DNA from: Rhodothermales bacterium
GTDB taxonomy: Bacteria; Bacteroidota; Rhodothermia; Rhodothermales; Bin80
Assembly (NCBI GenBank): GCA_965200825.1
Contig: OZ241385.1
Coordinates: 1,134,980-1,198,979 of the forward strand
Reading direction: 5' to 3'
Length of the DNA stretch: 64,000 bases
A program made the position numbers and the translations under genes. Below are positions 8,901 through 17,931 of the stretch, piece by piece. A model generated the notes under the pieces. That model was not told the DNA's origin. It was given only the letters and a program-made list of their open reading frames with translations, and ran no database searches. How positions within the stretch are numbered: the first letter of the stretch is position 1; each line of letters starts with the position of its first letter.

Positions 8901-11900
8901 ACATTCACGTTCACGGATACCGATGCGGATCCTCCTCGACCATCGGAAACTTCAAGCAAGATTTCAACGCGGCCTGTATCGGTTGGTGCAGTCCAATATG
9001 CCATGGGGGTATCAGCCGCCGTGAATCTCCCAATATCCGCACTCCAAGAGTAGGTAAGCGGATCTCCGTCAGGGTCTGTCGCAATCGCTTTTAGTTGTAC
9101 TTCTCCGGAGCGAGGCACCGTGCACGGGGTACAGGTGGCAGTCACCATGGGAAGCTCATTCAAGTCAATGACTTTTACCAAGACCTTTACTGAATCAACT
9201 CCTCCAAACTCATCCTGAGCATGTACGGTTAATTCAAACAAGTTCGGCTCTATTTCATAATCCTCGCCAGGCCCGATATAGCGGACCACTCCATCATGTC
9301 TGCCCACCCTAAACCGATCTTGATCTCCAAGTACTATTGAGTATACCAGCTCGTTGCCATCGGGATCTGTGGCAGATACTGTACCGAGATCGACAGGATT
9401 GACTCGGCCATCCAGATTTTCGGGTAACTCAAAGGTGTAAGAGGGTTGCCCAAATTCTGGTTCATAATTGATGACTTCAATTTCTGCTTCGGCAGATGCG
9501 AAGCCTCCAAATCCGTCAGAAACCTCAATGCGGATCGTGTAAATTCCAGGTTGACCTGGGGCAGTCCAAGTTGTGGCTGGTTCATCGAGTGCCCCATCGA
9601 AGCTCCCGGATGGCGCACTCCACTCATAAGTTAATTCGTCTCCATCGGGATCGGTAGCTGTAGCCGTCATGTGTACCACACCTCCGAGTTCAACTTTGCA
9701 TGGCATACATGAAATTGTTACAGTTGGTGGCCGATTAGGAGGCAAAGTATGATCAAGAATCGTTACCTCAATCGATGAGGGGGTGCCTTTTTCGAGTTCC
9801 TCCGGCAAGGTGCCAAGTTCTATAGTAAATGCCTCGTCGTCTTGATCCGAATCTTCGAGAGTTGTAATAGTGCCAGTTCCACTCGTTGCGTTAGCGGCGA
9901 TCACAACCTGTGTCATCGGCGTATAGTCCTCCGGTTCAGCAGTAATCGGTGTAAGTATAATCGGGGCCGTTATTGTCTTTGACATAGTTTTGGACATCAA
10001 AACTGTCACGGTAAGAGTTTCTCCTTCGTCAACTGGATTTGGGGTAACTGATAAACTTACCTTCGGCGGAGATACTATGTCGTCATTGATAATCGTACCT
10101 GTTCCCGTGTCGCTAGAGGCTACTGACCATGTAGTTTCGGAGACCGTTAGACCGACTGTAAAGGTTTCATCTTCCTCCACGATTACATCTTCGATCGTCT
10201 CGACCGTGAAGCTCTGTGCCTCTCCTGCCGTACCCTCGAAGGATAGAGATGCAGTATTCTCCTTATAGTCTATTCCCGAGTTTGCAGTGCCATCCAGAAA
10301 ATTCTGGGTCACTGTCAGGCCGTCCGGCACATTTCCAATCAGAGTTACGGTGAAAGTGATTGATTCCCCTTCGTTGGCAGAGGCATCTCCGATGCTCAAG
10401 GAAGCGATAACTGCATTCCAGATTGCAGTGGCGGTAACGGGATTAAGTGGGCCGGTATTGAGGCCATCGGTAGCAGAATTAGCAGTTACTGTAACGACTA
10501 CGTGAGCATTTCCATTCGGTGTGAGGAGCAGCGTATAAGTGGTTGCGCTACTAGCGGTAAAAGTCCCCTTGGCGGCGCCGGTGACCTCTATGTCACCGGA
10601 TTCAAAGCTAGTCACATCCTCGTCAAAGGTGAAAGTGACCGTGAAGGGAGTTCGATCATTAATCTTGTCTGGAACGCCGGTAATGCTTACGGAGGGGGCG
10701 CCCCCATCCCAGATCGCAGTTTTGGAGACGTTGTTGGTGGGGCCAGTGTTGAGACCGTCGGTGGCGGAGTTAGCTTCTACGGTGACAACCACATTAGCAT
10801 TTCCAATCGGTGTGAGGAGCAGCGTATAGGTGGTTGCGCTACTAGCGGTAAAGGCCCCCTTGACTGCACCGGTGACCGTTATATCGCCATTGACGAAACC
10901 AGTCACATCCTCGTCAAAGGTGAAAGTGGCCGTGAAGGGAGTTCGATCATTAATCTTGTCTGGAACGCCGGTAATGCTTACGGAGGGGGCGCCTCCATCC
11001 CAGATCGCAGTTTTGGAGACGTTGTTGGTGGGGCCAGTGTTGAGACCGTCGGTGGCGGAGTTAGCTTCTACGGTGACAACCACATTAGCATTTCCAATCG
11101 GTGTGAGGAGCAGCGTATAGGTGGTTGCGCTACTAGCGGTAAAGGCCCCCTTGACTGCACCGGTGACCGTTATATCGCCATTGACGAAACCAGTCACATC
11201 CTCGTCAAAGGTGAAAGTGGCCGTGAAGGGAGTTCGATCATTAATCTTGTCTGGAACGCCGGTAATGCTTACGGAGGGGGCGCCTCCATCCCAGATCGCA
11301 GTTTTGGAGACGTTGTTGGTGGGGCCAGTGTTGAGACCGTCGGTGGCGGAGTTAGCTTCTACGGTGACAACCACATTAGCATTTCCAATCGGTGTGAGGA
11401 GCAGCGTATAGGTAGTTGCGCTACTAGCGGTAAAGGCCCCCTTGACTGCACTGGTGACCGTTATATCGCCATTGACGAAACCAGTCACATCCTCGTCAAA
11501 GGTGAAAGTGGCCGTGAAGGGAGTTCGATCATTAATCTTGTCTGGAACGCCGGTAATGCTTACGGAGGGGGCGCCTCCATCCCAGATCGCAGTGGCAGTA
11601 GTGGCATTAGGTGGTCCAGTGTTAGTGCCGTAATTGGCAGAATTGTCTGCTACCGTTACGGTCACGTTTTCATTTCCATTCGGTGTGATATCCAATGTGT
11701 AGGTGTTTGCGCTACTGACAGTGAAGTTCCCCTTGGTGGCACCGGTGACTGTCACATCTTCAGTGACAAAGCCGGAGACATCTCCGTTAAACGTGAAAGT
11801 GGCCGTGAGCGGAGTGGTCGCATTAATCTTGTCTGGGATGCCGGTGATATTAAGCGTTAACTCTTCGTCATCTTCTACGCTAACAGACCACCCTTGAATC

Positions 11901-12922
11901 GGTAGTGGCTCATGTGCACCAGTTGGTAGATGATTATTGCTGGCAACGATTGAAATTATTGCACTGGCATCCCCCAATGCATCGTTGTCCACTGCTCTTA
12001 TAGTATAAGATAGGAATTGACCACCATCTGCTTCTGGATATGTTAACACGTTTGGAGAGACCGTTACGACATCAGGATCGCTACTCTTGAGTGTCAATGA
12101 CACATCTCCCTGCCCACTTCTCGGGCTTATCCATTTAAGGCGCTGTGTACTTGTCCCTTCTATTATATCCAAGCTATAAGGATCGTCGTCATACGAAGTA
12201 ATTCTCCATTCATCGGTTATTCCTGTGTATTCAATTGCACCAGAAGCCGAGAGCTCGGCCGTTGTTTGATGTGAGTTGACATCTGAATCATCCACTCCGC
12301 TAATCGTAACCGTCTGCCGATCTGCATAGGTCGTCGGAGTAAAGGTCAGTGTTGAAGGCATCACAGTGACAACGGTTGGATCTTCTACGGTTATCGTAAC
12401 AGTAACATTTGTAGAAGGTGCTCTTGTAAGCCATACTGTATTATTAAATGAACCATTCTCGCCAGTACCGAATCTGCTACTGTAGCTCCGAAAAGCATAA
12501 TAGTTAATGTTGTCGCGGACTATCACATCCAAGCTCAGTGTGACCGAGTCATAGCCACCTCCTGATGCAGTGAAGAGGAGTGTGAAGATTTCGTTATCCT
12601 GGTCCACGTCCCACTCCCCTGTGATCTCTATGCTTTCATGCTGATCTCCCAGAGGAAACTCCAAGGTTGTCTTATTCAGGCTCACATCCACTGATTCATA
12701 ACCTGTGATGGTAACTGTCACCGTATCTGTCGGCTGACCATCTATGTACACATCAAGTGAAAAGACATTGCCTTCTATAATATTCAAGGTCCCGGCTACA
12801 GATGTCCTGATTGCAGCAGTTTGGCCATGAGCTGATGGGGCATAGAACCCTGCGCCTGCAAGAAGAAACAGCAGGCTCCGAAGCGAAAATTGTACACATC
12901 GCCAATTTTTGAAGCCTGTCAT
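5984..12922 (-). CDS. Giant surface adhesin with Ig-like, Calx-beta, PKD and cadherin repeats and a C-terminal autotransporter-like beta-barrel
   Basis: Uninterrupted 2312-aa ORF with a signal peptide (LLFLLAGAGFYAPSAHGQ). It has five Ig-like units of about 97 aa (ITGVPDKIN..TPFTATFTFDEDVTGF) and a Calx-beta-like module (IGDASANEGESITFTV...EDETFTVGL). Three PKD-like modules (ATDPDGDxLTYxWS) alternate with cadherin-like modules (SATDPDGNELVYSIV...VIDLNE). A VLANDTDPEGD module follows. The C-terminal ~350 aa have alternating beta-strand character (YDGSLSTAYLGLDTRLGRRWLVGVALS...). Confidence 0.9.
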   Translation of the reverse strand: MTGFKNWRCVQFSLRSLLFLLAGAGFYAPSAHGQTAAIRTSVAGTLNIIEGNVFSLDVYIDGQPTDTVTVTITGYESVDVSLNKTTLEFPLGDQHESIEITGEWDVDQDNEIFTLLFTASGGGYDSVTLSLDVIVRDNINYYAFRSYSSRFGTGENGSFNNTVWLTRAPSTNVTVTITVEDPTVVTVMPSTLTFTPTTYADRQTVTISGVDDSDVNSHQTTAELSASGAIEYTGITDEWRITSYDDDPYSLDIIEGTSTQRLKWISPRSGQGDVSLTLKSSDPDVVTVSPNVLTYPEADGGQFLSYTIRAVDNDALGDASAIISIVASNNHLPTGAHEPLPIQGWSVSVEDDEELTLNITGIPDKINATTPLTATFTFNGDVSGFVTEDVTVTGATKGNFTVSSANTYTLDITPNGNENVTVTVADNSANYGTNTGPPNATTATAIWDGGAPSVSITGVPDKINDRTPFTATFTFDEDVTGFVNGDITVTSAVKGAFTASSATTYTLLLTPIGNANVVVTVEANSATDGLNTGPTNNVSKTAIWDGGAPSVSITGVPDKINDRTPFTATFTFDEDVTGFVNGDITVTGAVKGAFTASSATTYTLLLTPIGNANVVVTVEANSATDGLNTGPTNNVSKTAIWDGGAPSVSITGVPDKINDRTPFTATFTFDEDVTGFVNGDITVTGAVKGAFTASSATTYTLLLTPIGNANVVVTVEANSATDGLNTGPTNNVSKTAIWDGGAPSVSITGVPDKINDRTPFTVTFTFDEDVTSFESGDIEVTGAAKGTFTASSATTYTLLLTPNGNAHVVVTVTANSATDGLNTGPLNPVTATAIWNAVIASLSIGDASANEGESITFTVTLIGNVPDGLTVTQNFLDGTANSGIDYKENTASLSFEGTAGEAQSFTVETIEDVIVEEDETFTVGLTVSETTWSVASSDTGTGTIINDDIVSPPKVSLSVTPNPVDEGETLTVTVLMSKTMSKTITAPIILTPITAEPEDYTPMTQVVIAANATSGTGTITTLEDSDQDDEAFTIELGTLPEELEKGTPSSIEVTILDHTLPPNRPPTVTISCMPCKVELGGVVHMTATATDPDGDELTYEWSAPSGSFDGALDEPATTWTAPGQPGIYTIRIEVSDGFGGFASAEAEIEVINYEPEFGQPSYTFELPENLDGRVNPVDLGTVSATDPDGNELVYSIVLGDQDRFRVGRHDGVVRYIGPGEDYEIEPNLFELTVHAQDEFGGVDSVKVLVKVIDLNELPMVTATCTPCTVPRSGEVQLKAIATDPDGDPLTYSWSADIGRFTAADTPMAYWTAPTDTGRVEILLEVSDGRGGSASVSVNVNVANRSPVFEQPTYSFELSENLGGQTQPVRLGTVIAEDPDQDALAYEMISGELQWFTVDKLDGAFHYIGPGEDYEIEPNLFELTVRVQDELGGVDSVEVLVEVIDLNEIPTVTVTCTPCIVHRFGEVRLDASAMDPDGDPLIYAWSTDAGEFTGEDSRPVVHWIAPSDTGRVDLHVEVSDGRGGFASATATVKVFNRSPSFEKSAYTFELVENMSGQTQPVPLGTVAALDPDRDVLNYELVSGDQQRFVVSMQEGVIQYIGTGESFETLPNRFGLRVRAKDEFQAEAYTDVTIEVTDINEKPEATNDVAVTAEDQAVTIDVLANDTDPEGDFLRVQSTTEAVHGVVDIDSEGHVIYTPEPDFHGTDAFSYVVSDEQGFTDHASVEMTVLPVNDTPIAVGTIPDQILDEGGEEVHLDLLPYFLDIDGDVLTYSVQSDPGVLLVKVTETILTLTPIRYGPATVQISASDPEGFYAIQRFDVNVSDHPQRAIIEHLLAANARNHLSSLRMALGRRMELDTCRASWLEVMGRNVPLNREEAAGIPMQIGRTAYSAVFSALKLREGVDESSHLTHFSTFPGTYKQLNSTLHPIPSQVLGIRNTPSTATADFLLGWGDLEIKEERCPVSRRWFIWGQGDIQEFEGIPSVHGYNAGYDGSLSTAYLGLDTRLGRRWLVGVALSRNRSAGEWYVAASGGRLTQSMMAIHPYVRWATRSSSVWASIGAGSGDTRNTRNTGWIGTSQASLRLWLIELEKQFGTGNKFGFAILGDIGSAKLWTGTGKETIDGQSVVVNQARIGVDLSLPVRFGGAELKPFGTVHARHDGGAGITGNGIEIAGGFQVALNIIRIDAQARTLAYYSVEGYDERGAAVTFTFGEQRSREGFSFSISPRWGSSARSSDKLFRDQNLLGEHLNIKEIDRWILDMRANYTVQLPAGFKLNFGGSYENEFGGPGFSMSLIHSTPTKTTTIPYQYEELLIQE
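10425..11865 (-). repeat. Five tandem in-frame 291-bp (97-codon) Ig-like domain repeats inside the adhesin gene
   Basis: The 291-bp period shows directly in the sequence and in the plus-strand shadow ORFs 10539-10829, 10830-11120 and 11121-11411. Confidence 0.9.
10640..11590 (-). repeat. Near-identical core of the tandem array (about 3.3 copies). Units 10830-11120 and 11121-11411 appear identical.
   Basis: Line-by-line comparison found only isolated single-base differences, for example gcgcccccatcc vs gcgcctccatcc, gtggttgcg vs gtagttgcg and tgcaccggt vs tgcactggt. Confidence 0.85.
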
Positions 12923-12975
12923 CTGATATCATAGGATTCTACATGAGCAGCATATAGCTCTAATGGTACACTGCG

Positions 12976-13173
12976 TCAGTGAATTGTGTTAAAAAGTGCA
13001 ATTGAACTTACGGGATCTTGCCACAGTGACCTTAAAGGATTGTAGCGCATGACTTCAGGTTCGTATGGAGCATCCATATTCCATACCCCCTGTTCTCTGA
13101 GAAGATGTCTGTTATCACGTGCATGATTTACGGGATCTCTATCTGTTATCATAGTCAGGTCGGTAGCAATCAT
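12976..13173 (-). CDS. Hypothetical 65-aa ORF just upstream of the adhesin gene. It may be a gene fragment or non-coding.
   Basis: This is the only ORF of 60 aa or more in the 1 kb intergenic region. It ends 54 nt before the adhesin start on the same strand. I recognise no motif. Confidence 0.25.
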   Translation of the reverse strand: MIATDLTMITDRDPVNHARDNRHLLREQGVWNMDAPYEPEVMRYNPLRSLWQDPVSSIALFNTIH

Positions 13174-13919
13174 GTTCTACAATACGAGGTCAACTGTATC
13201 TGAACAAATCCCCTTCAGATTTTGGTTATTCGAAACAATTCCAGATATATTGCAATAGTTTCCGGTAAGTTAAGATATAGAATCAACTAGACTTTTCCAA
13301 GAGAATATAAGTTACTTTACACAGATCATACATACGTGATAAGGATTTGCGGAGCAAAAGCTTATCATAATACACACAGTACTGAGTGCTAAATGAGACT
13401 GAATTTCATCTACAATATTCCGAAATTCAGTGAAATGGGAATAAATTCTGCTGTATCCTGTTAAGTGTATAAGGCGCAAATTACAAGCTATTTTAGCAGA
13501 AAAACTTCAAATCAATGAGGCAAGAGTACCCAAAATGCACAGCGGATCAGAGCGAAACATTCTCGAAAAAAGAACGCACAATGTAGAATGAACTCTGAGA
13601 ATAGCATATTGGCCAGAGTTACTGAAAATGGAGTCTGCCAAATTTCGCAAAAAAATCCACTATAATCGAAAACATCTCTTACTTCCAGCTTTGTTAAGCC
13701 GGTTTTGTGGGTACCAGAACTAGTTTAGCTTTAGTTAGGCAAGTACAACTATACCGTAGACATGGGGAGTTATGCATTGACTCCGTATAATTCAAAGTAA
13801 GTCAAAAGAGTAGCTTCTGCAATTGTGCCATTTGATTTGTTGAAAACCGACTAAAGCAAGTGGTTGTTGTATGCTATGAAGACATATTTACAGATATGAA
13901 TCCCAAAAACTATTGAAAC

Positions 13920-16670
13920 ATGAATTCTTGGCAGGAATTACGCTTTGAGGCCCAAGGCACGGGAATTTCTGTGCCATTGAGTGAACAAATTAACCTGTTA
14001 GGTGGCTTACTTGGCCGTATCATTCAAGCACAGGCCAGCCCTGAAATGCTGAGTCTAGTAGAAGAATTGCGAAACTTGACCAAAAAGGCAATTTCGCAAG
14101 ATGAGCCGCGTTTTCGCCAACGAGCGATTGAGCGGATCGAGGGGCTGGCTTTACATGAAATAGAATGGCTCTTACGTGCTTTTACGACATTCTTCTATCT
14201 GGTCAACCAAAGTGAACAACAGGAAATTATTCGGATTAATCGGGAACGTGCGCGCTTGCTTCCCGAAGTTGATCGTATAGATTCAATTGATGAGGCAGTC
14301 GGTATTCTTCACCGTGAAAATTACGAATTGGATGATGTAATTAAGATCATCTCACGCCTTGATATTCAACCAACACTTACTGCACATCCTACGGAGGCGC
14401 GCCGTCGGACCATATTGTATAAGCAACAGCATCTGGCAACACTAATAGACCGAATTCGCTATGACAAACCTACACCCAAAGAACGCGATGACCTCCTCTA
14501 CCAAGTACACAACCACATAGGATTGTTGGTTGCATCGGATAAAGTCCGTGCAAGCAAACCCACAGTGATCGATGAAGTTGAGAATGGCCTCCATTATCTT
14601 CGGAATGCAATCTGGGAAACGGTTCCTCGGATCCATAGCGATTTAGGTCATGCAATTGAGCGCCACTATAACAAGAAGATTGATGTGCCGGTGTTTTTGA
14701 AATTCCGATCCTGGATTGGAGGTGACCGCGACGGAAACCCCAACGTGACCGCGGAAATTACCCGAAAAACTTTCCTAATGCATCGTCGAACTGCTCTGGC
14801 GCGGTATCTGGAAGATCTCCGCATGTTGCGCCGTGACCTAAGTCTTTCGGAACTCCAACTGAAAATCCCGGAGATCCTCCACGCATCAATCCAGAAAGAT
14901 GAGGAGTCCTTGAGTCTGAATGCTCATGATATTAGACAGTTTGTTCGGGAACCCTTTCGCCGAAAAATCAGCTTCATGATGCAGCGCATTGAACTGGCAC
15001 GGGATGGGGACTTTGAAATCTATAACAGCCAGAGTTTTATTTCTGATCTGAAACTGCTTGCACAGGCCCTTGAAGAGATGGGATATGAGACCCTGGTATC
15101 TCATGGACGTTTAGGCAAACTTATCTTACAAGCCCAGATCTTTGGGTTTCATATGGTTTCTTTGGATGTTCGACAGCATAGTCGACATCATGGTAAAGCA
15201 GTCGATACTTTGTTCAAGGTTTCTAGGGTATGTGATAATTATCTGAAGCTATCGGAGGATATTAAGCTGAAGTATCTCTCCAAAGAGCTAAATAATCCGC
15301 GCCCTCTTTTACCACCCGAGATGAAATTGCCAGAGGATGTTCAGGAGGTGCTGGATACCTTTGCGGTAATTAGGGAAATCACCGAACGTTCTCCGAGCGC
15401 ATTGGGGAGTTATGTCATTAGCATGACGCATTCAGTCAGTCATGTACTAGAAGTCCTCTTACTATCGAAAGAAGCTGGACTATGGCGAATGAAAGAAGGT
15501 AAAGTAATATCCCCCATTGATGTTGTCCCTCTTTTTGAGACCATTGAAGATTTGAATCTCGCAGATAATCTATTAACTGGAATGTTTGAACATCCAGCTT
15601 ATAGAAAACATCTAGAACATCGCAACAGCATGCAAGAAATCATGTTGGGTTATTCGGACAGCAACAAAGATGGCGGTTACTGGATGGCAAACTGGGCTTT
15701 GCACAAGGCGCAGGGTCGAATAGGCAAGATTTGCAAGGATGCTGGGGTAGATCTTCGCCTGTTTCATGGCCGTGGAGGCACGGTTGGCCGTGGAGGTGGG
15801 CGTGCAGGTCAAGCAATTATTGCAATGCCCCGCATCATACATAATGGTCGGATCAGGTTTACAGAGCAGGGAGAAGTGATTTCGTTCAGGTATGCCCTCC
15901 CTGCAATTGCGCATCGACACCTGGAACAGATTGTACGCGCAATGCTTATTGCACCACTTCGCGTTGCAGACGAAAAAGAGGATGCTGTGATTATGCAGCG
16001 TATTGCAGATGTATCTATGAAAGCATATCGATCATTGATTCATGACCCCAAATTCTGGCCTTGGTATGCTTCTTCTACCCCCATTGAACAGATCAGCCGT
16101 CTTCCTATTGCGTCACGCCCTGTTTCTCGTGGCTCGGTACATAAAGTAGATTTCGAGGACCTACGAGCAATCCCATGGGTCTTTGCCTGGACCCAGACCC
16201 GATATATTGTTCCTGGATGGTACGGGGCTGGTGAGGGATTTGAAAAGGTTCTGAAGGATCCCTCGTCCGATCTCAAGCGCATGTATAAAGAATGGCCTTT
16301 TTTTCAAGCAATCCTTAACAGTGCGCAGCGAGAGATGGCAAGAACCAGGCTGGACATTGCGTCAGAATACCTCACACTGGCATCTGATCAGGAGGCAGGT
16401 GCGCAAATAAACCAGCGCATCGTAGAAGATTTTAAAAAGGCAGAAACTGCTATTCTTGAAATCACAGGCTATGAAACTCTTTGTGGTCATGCACCGGTTT
16501 TCAGAAAATCTGTTGCACTTCGAAATCCCTACTCTGACGTATTAAACCTGCTTCAGATTGAGCTCATCAGGCGCAGTCGCAATGATCGAGAGCCCGATCA
16601 GGAAAGATTGATTCATGCTTTATTGCTTAGTGTGAACGGTATTGCAGCTGCAATGCAGAGCACAGGATAA
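13920..16670 (+). CDS. ppc: Phosphoenolpyruvate carboxylase
   Basis: 916 aa with the hallmark motifs TAHPTEARRRT, GYSDSNKDGGY and FHGRGGTVGRGGG, and the C-terminal NGIAAAMQSTG. Confidence 0.95.
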   Translation: MNSWQELRFEAQGTGISVPLSEQINLLGGLLGRIIQAQASPEMLSLVEELRNLTKKAISQDEPRFRQRAIERIEGLALHEIEWLLRAFTTFFYLVNQSEQQEIIRINRERARLLPEVDRIDSIDEAVGILHRENYELDDVIKIISRLDIQPTLTAHPTEARRRTILYKQQHLATLIDRIRYDKPTPKERDDLLYQVHNHIGLLVASDKVRASKPTVIDEVENGLHYLRNAIWETVPRIHSDLGHAIERHYNKKIDVPVFLKFRSWIGGDRDGNPNVTAEITRKTFLMHRRTALARYLEDLRMLRRDLSLSELQLKIPEILHASIQKDEESLSLNAHDIRQFVREPFRRKISFMMQRIELARDGDFEIYNSQSFISDLKLLAQALEEMGYETLVSHGRLGKLILQAQIFGFHMVSLDVRQHSRHHGKAVDTLFKVSRVCDNYLKLSEDIKLKYLSKELNNPRPLLPPEMKLPEDVQEVLDTFAVIREITERSPSALGSYVISMTHSVSHVLEVLLLSKEAGLWRMKEGKVISPIDVVPLFETIEDLNLADNLLTGMFEHPAYRKHLEHRNSMQEIMLGYSDSNKDGGYWMANWALHKAQGRIGKICKDAGVDLRLFHGRGGTVGRGGGRAGQAIIAMPRIIHNGRIRFTEQGEVISFRYALPAIAHRHLEQIVRAMLIAPLRVADEKEDAVIMQRIADVSMKAYRSLIHDPKFWPWYASSTPIEQISRLPIASRPVSRGSVHKVDFEDLRAIPWVFAWTQTRYIVPGWYGAGEGFEKVLKDPSSDLKRMYKEWPFFQAILNSAQREMARTRLDIASEYLTLASDQEAGAQINQRIVEDFKKAETAILEITGYETLCGHAPVFRKSVALRNPYSDVLNLLQIELIRRSRNDREPDQERLIHALLLSVNGIAAAMQSTG

Positions 16671-16724
16671 CCTTTAGGTTCAAATATTTCTAGATGAACA
16701 AGCGTACATTGCAACGTTTGAGGC

Positions 16725-16743
16725 GCTCCACCCCTTGTGGAGC
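16725..16743. terminator. Candidate hairpin (7-bp stem GCTCCAC/GTGGAGC, 5-nt loop) between convergent genes
   Basis: Perfect inverted repeat read directly from the sequence, 55 nt after the ppc stop. No clear U-tract. Confidence 0.3.
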
Positions 16744-16773
16744 CGGAGGAATCAACTAAAATATTACCTCCCA

Positions 16774-16810
16774 TTCCCTTCCGACGAATCACCGGTTAGT
16801 CGGAAGGGAA
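16774..16810. terminator. Candidate strong hairpin (12-bp perfect stem TTCCCTTCCGAC/GTCGGAAGGGAA, 13-nt loop)
   Basis: Perfect 12-bp inverted repeat between convergent ppc (+) and the lipoprotein gene (-). No canonical U-tract on either strand. Confidence 0.35.
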
Positions 16811-16966
16811 ACTATAGAATCTTCTCCTGATTCAGTCGGAGGTGAATCAAAAGGAGCCACGTTGACAGTCTAGTATCTCCATAATACGTCATTAGTCCTT
16901 TAAGAGAAACTTCAGTCAAAAACATTGAAGAACCTTCAAAAGGCTACGAAATATCGACATCTACCC

Positions 16967-17662
16967 TTATCTCAGCCATGAACGTTGAGTATAAAATCTG
17001 TTAATTCCTGAATCGTCAGGTTCATCCGAGTCATCAAGGGGGAGTGAAGTACGCTGAATCGTTAATTCGTGTCCACACGCAATTCCGGCCATTATAGAAC
17101 TGGCATTTGTTGCCAGGTTAACTTCGAAATCTAAGGTTTCGTCCATATCTATCATGCACACTCCTGACCTGTTCTCAATCTCCCAGTTCAACTCTCCATT
17201 CAGTTCTCCCTCAAATTCCAAATCTTCAAAAAAACCAACTATTGTCAGGGTGTAGGAGTAATCAATGGGTTGAGTAGAACTCACCGAAAATCTTGTACCT
17301 TCCTTGCCCGTAACTTCGCATTTGTTTGGGGTAAACCCGAAATTTAATGTTAGAATGGCTTGATCTGAATTTTCATCAGGTTGAATCTCGGTGGTATTAA
17401 TAGATACGCGTGCATCTCCTCCTTCGGGGCAGGCGATAACATGTTCATCTTCATTCAAGCTTTGGATTATTTTCGGCATCGTATCTGCCATTATGGTCAT
17501 TATTTCATTCATTAACTCTTTTGCTTCGCTCTCATTGAGAGGCATGTTTTCTGATTCCGGCTCAGAGGGGTTACTGCACATTGTCAGAAATATGGCAACA
17601 GCGACTGGCAAGATAATTCGAATGAAGGGATTCATGGAATAAAGCATGGGTTGTGTTATCAA
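16967..17662 (-). CDS. Hypothetical lipoprotein
   Basis: 231-aa ORF. A signal peptide with a lipobox-like LTMCS follows an internal Met (MNPFIRIILPVAVAIFLTMCS, which would start at 17635). The mature part is acidic and I recognise no family. Confidence 0.6.
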   Translation of the reverse strand: MITQPMLYSMNPFIRIILPVAVAIFLTMCSNPSEPESENMPLNESEAKELMNEIMTIMADTMPKIIQSLNEDEHVIACPEGGDARVSINTTEIQPDENSDQAILTLNFGFTPNKCEVTGKEGTRFSVSSTQPIDYSYTLTIVGFFEDLEFEGELNGELNWEIENRSGVCMIDMDETLDFEVNLATNASSIMAGIACGHELTIQRTSLPLDDSDEPDDSGINRFYTQRSWLR

Positions 17663-17931
17663 AAGAAATTAGACTTGATTTTTGAACATCATTGCCGAAG
17701 ATGATCGTGAGAAGTATAATCTCCTGAATCGGCAGTATCTATTGAGTCCGTACTCGGATGAATAGTTATCTCGTCAGGTTCTTTGTAATTTAAAGCCATC
17801 TCGATTTCATAGTCGCTATCAACAAGGCATTCGCCACTGTATTCTAGTCAGGAAAACTGTATGACTGATATAAACTGCAATCAACTCCCTTAGGCGTCCC
17901 TTTGAATGGAATAATCCGCAACAATATGGAT

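Noticed and set aside
10502-11860. 452-aa plus-strand ORF with internal repeats, plus the 96-aa ORFs at 10539, 10830 and 11121
   Set aside because: These are antisense shadows of the adhesin gene. The minus-strand frame encodes recognisable Ig-like domains within a continuous 2312-aa ORF. The plus-strand frames stay open only because the stop-free 291-bp unit is repeated.
10425-11865. Regular tandem repeats that might be mistaken for a CRISPR array
   Set aside because: The period is 291 bp with no repeat/spacer alternation. The array is fully in-frame within a coding sequence, and no cas genes are present.
17663-17931. Short acidic minus-strand ORF (about 50 codons, ...EMALNYKEPDEITIHPSTDSIDTADSGDYTSHDHLRQ) between the lipoprotein and hydrolase genes
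   Set aside because: It is below the track threshold and has no clear start context, motif or conservation evidence. It could be a small protein, but this cannot be supported from sequence alone.
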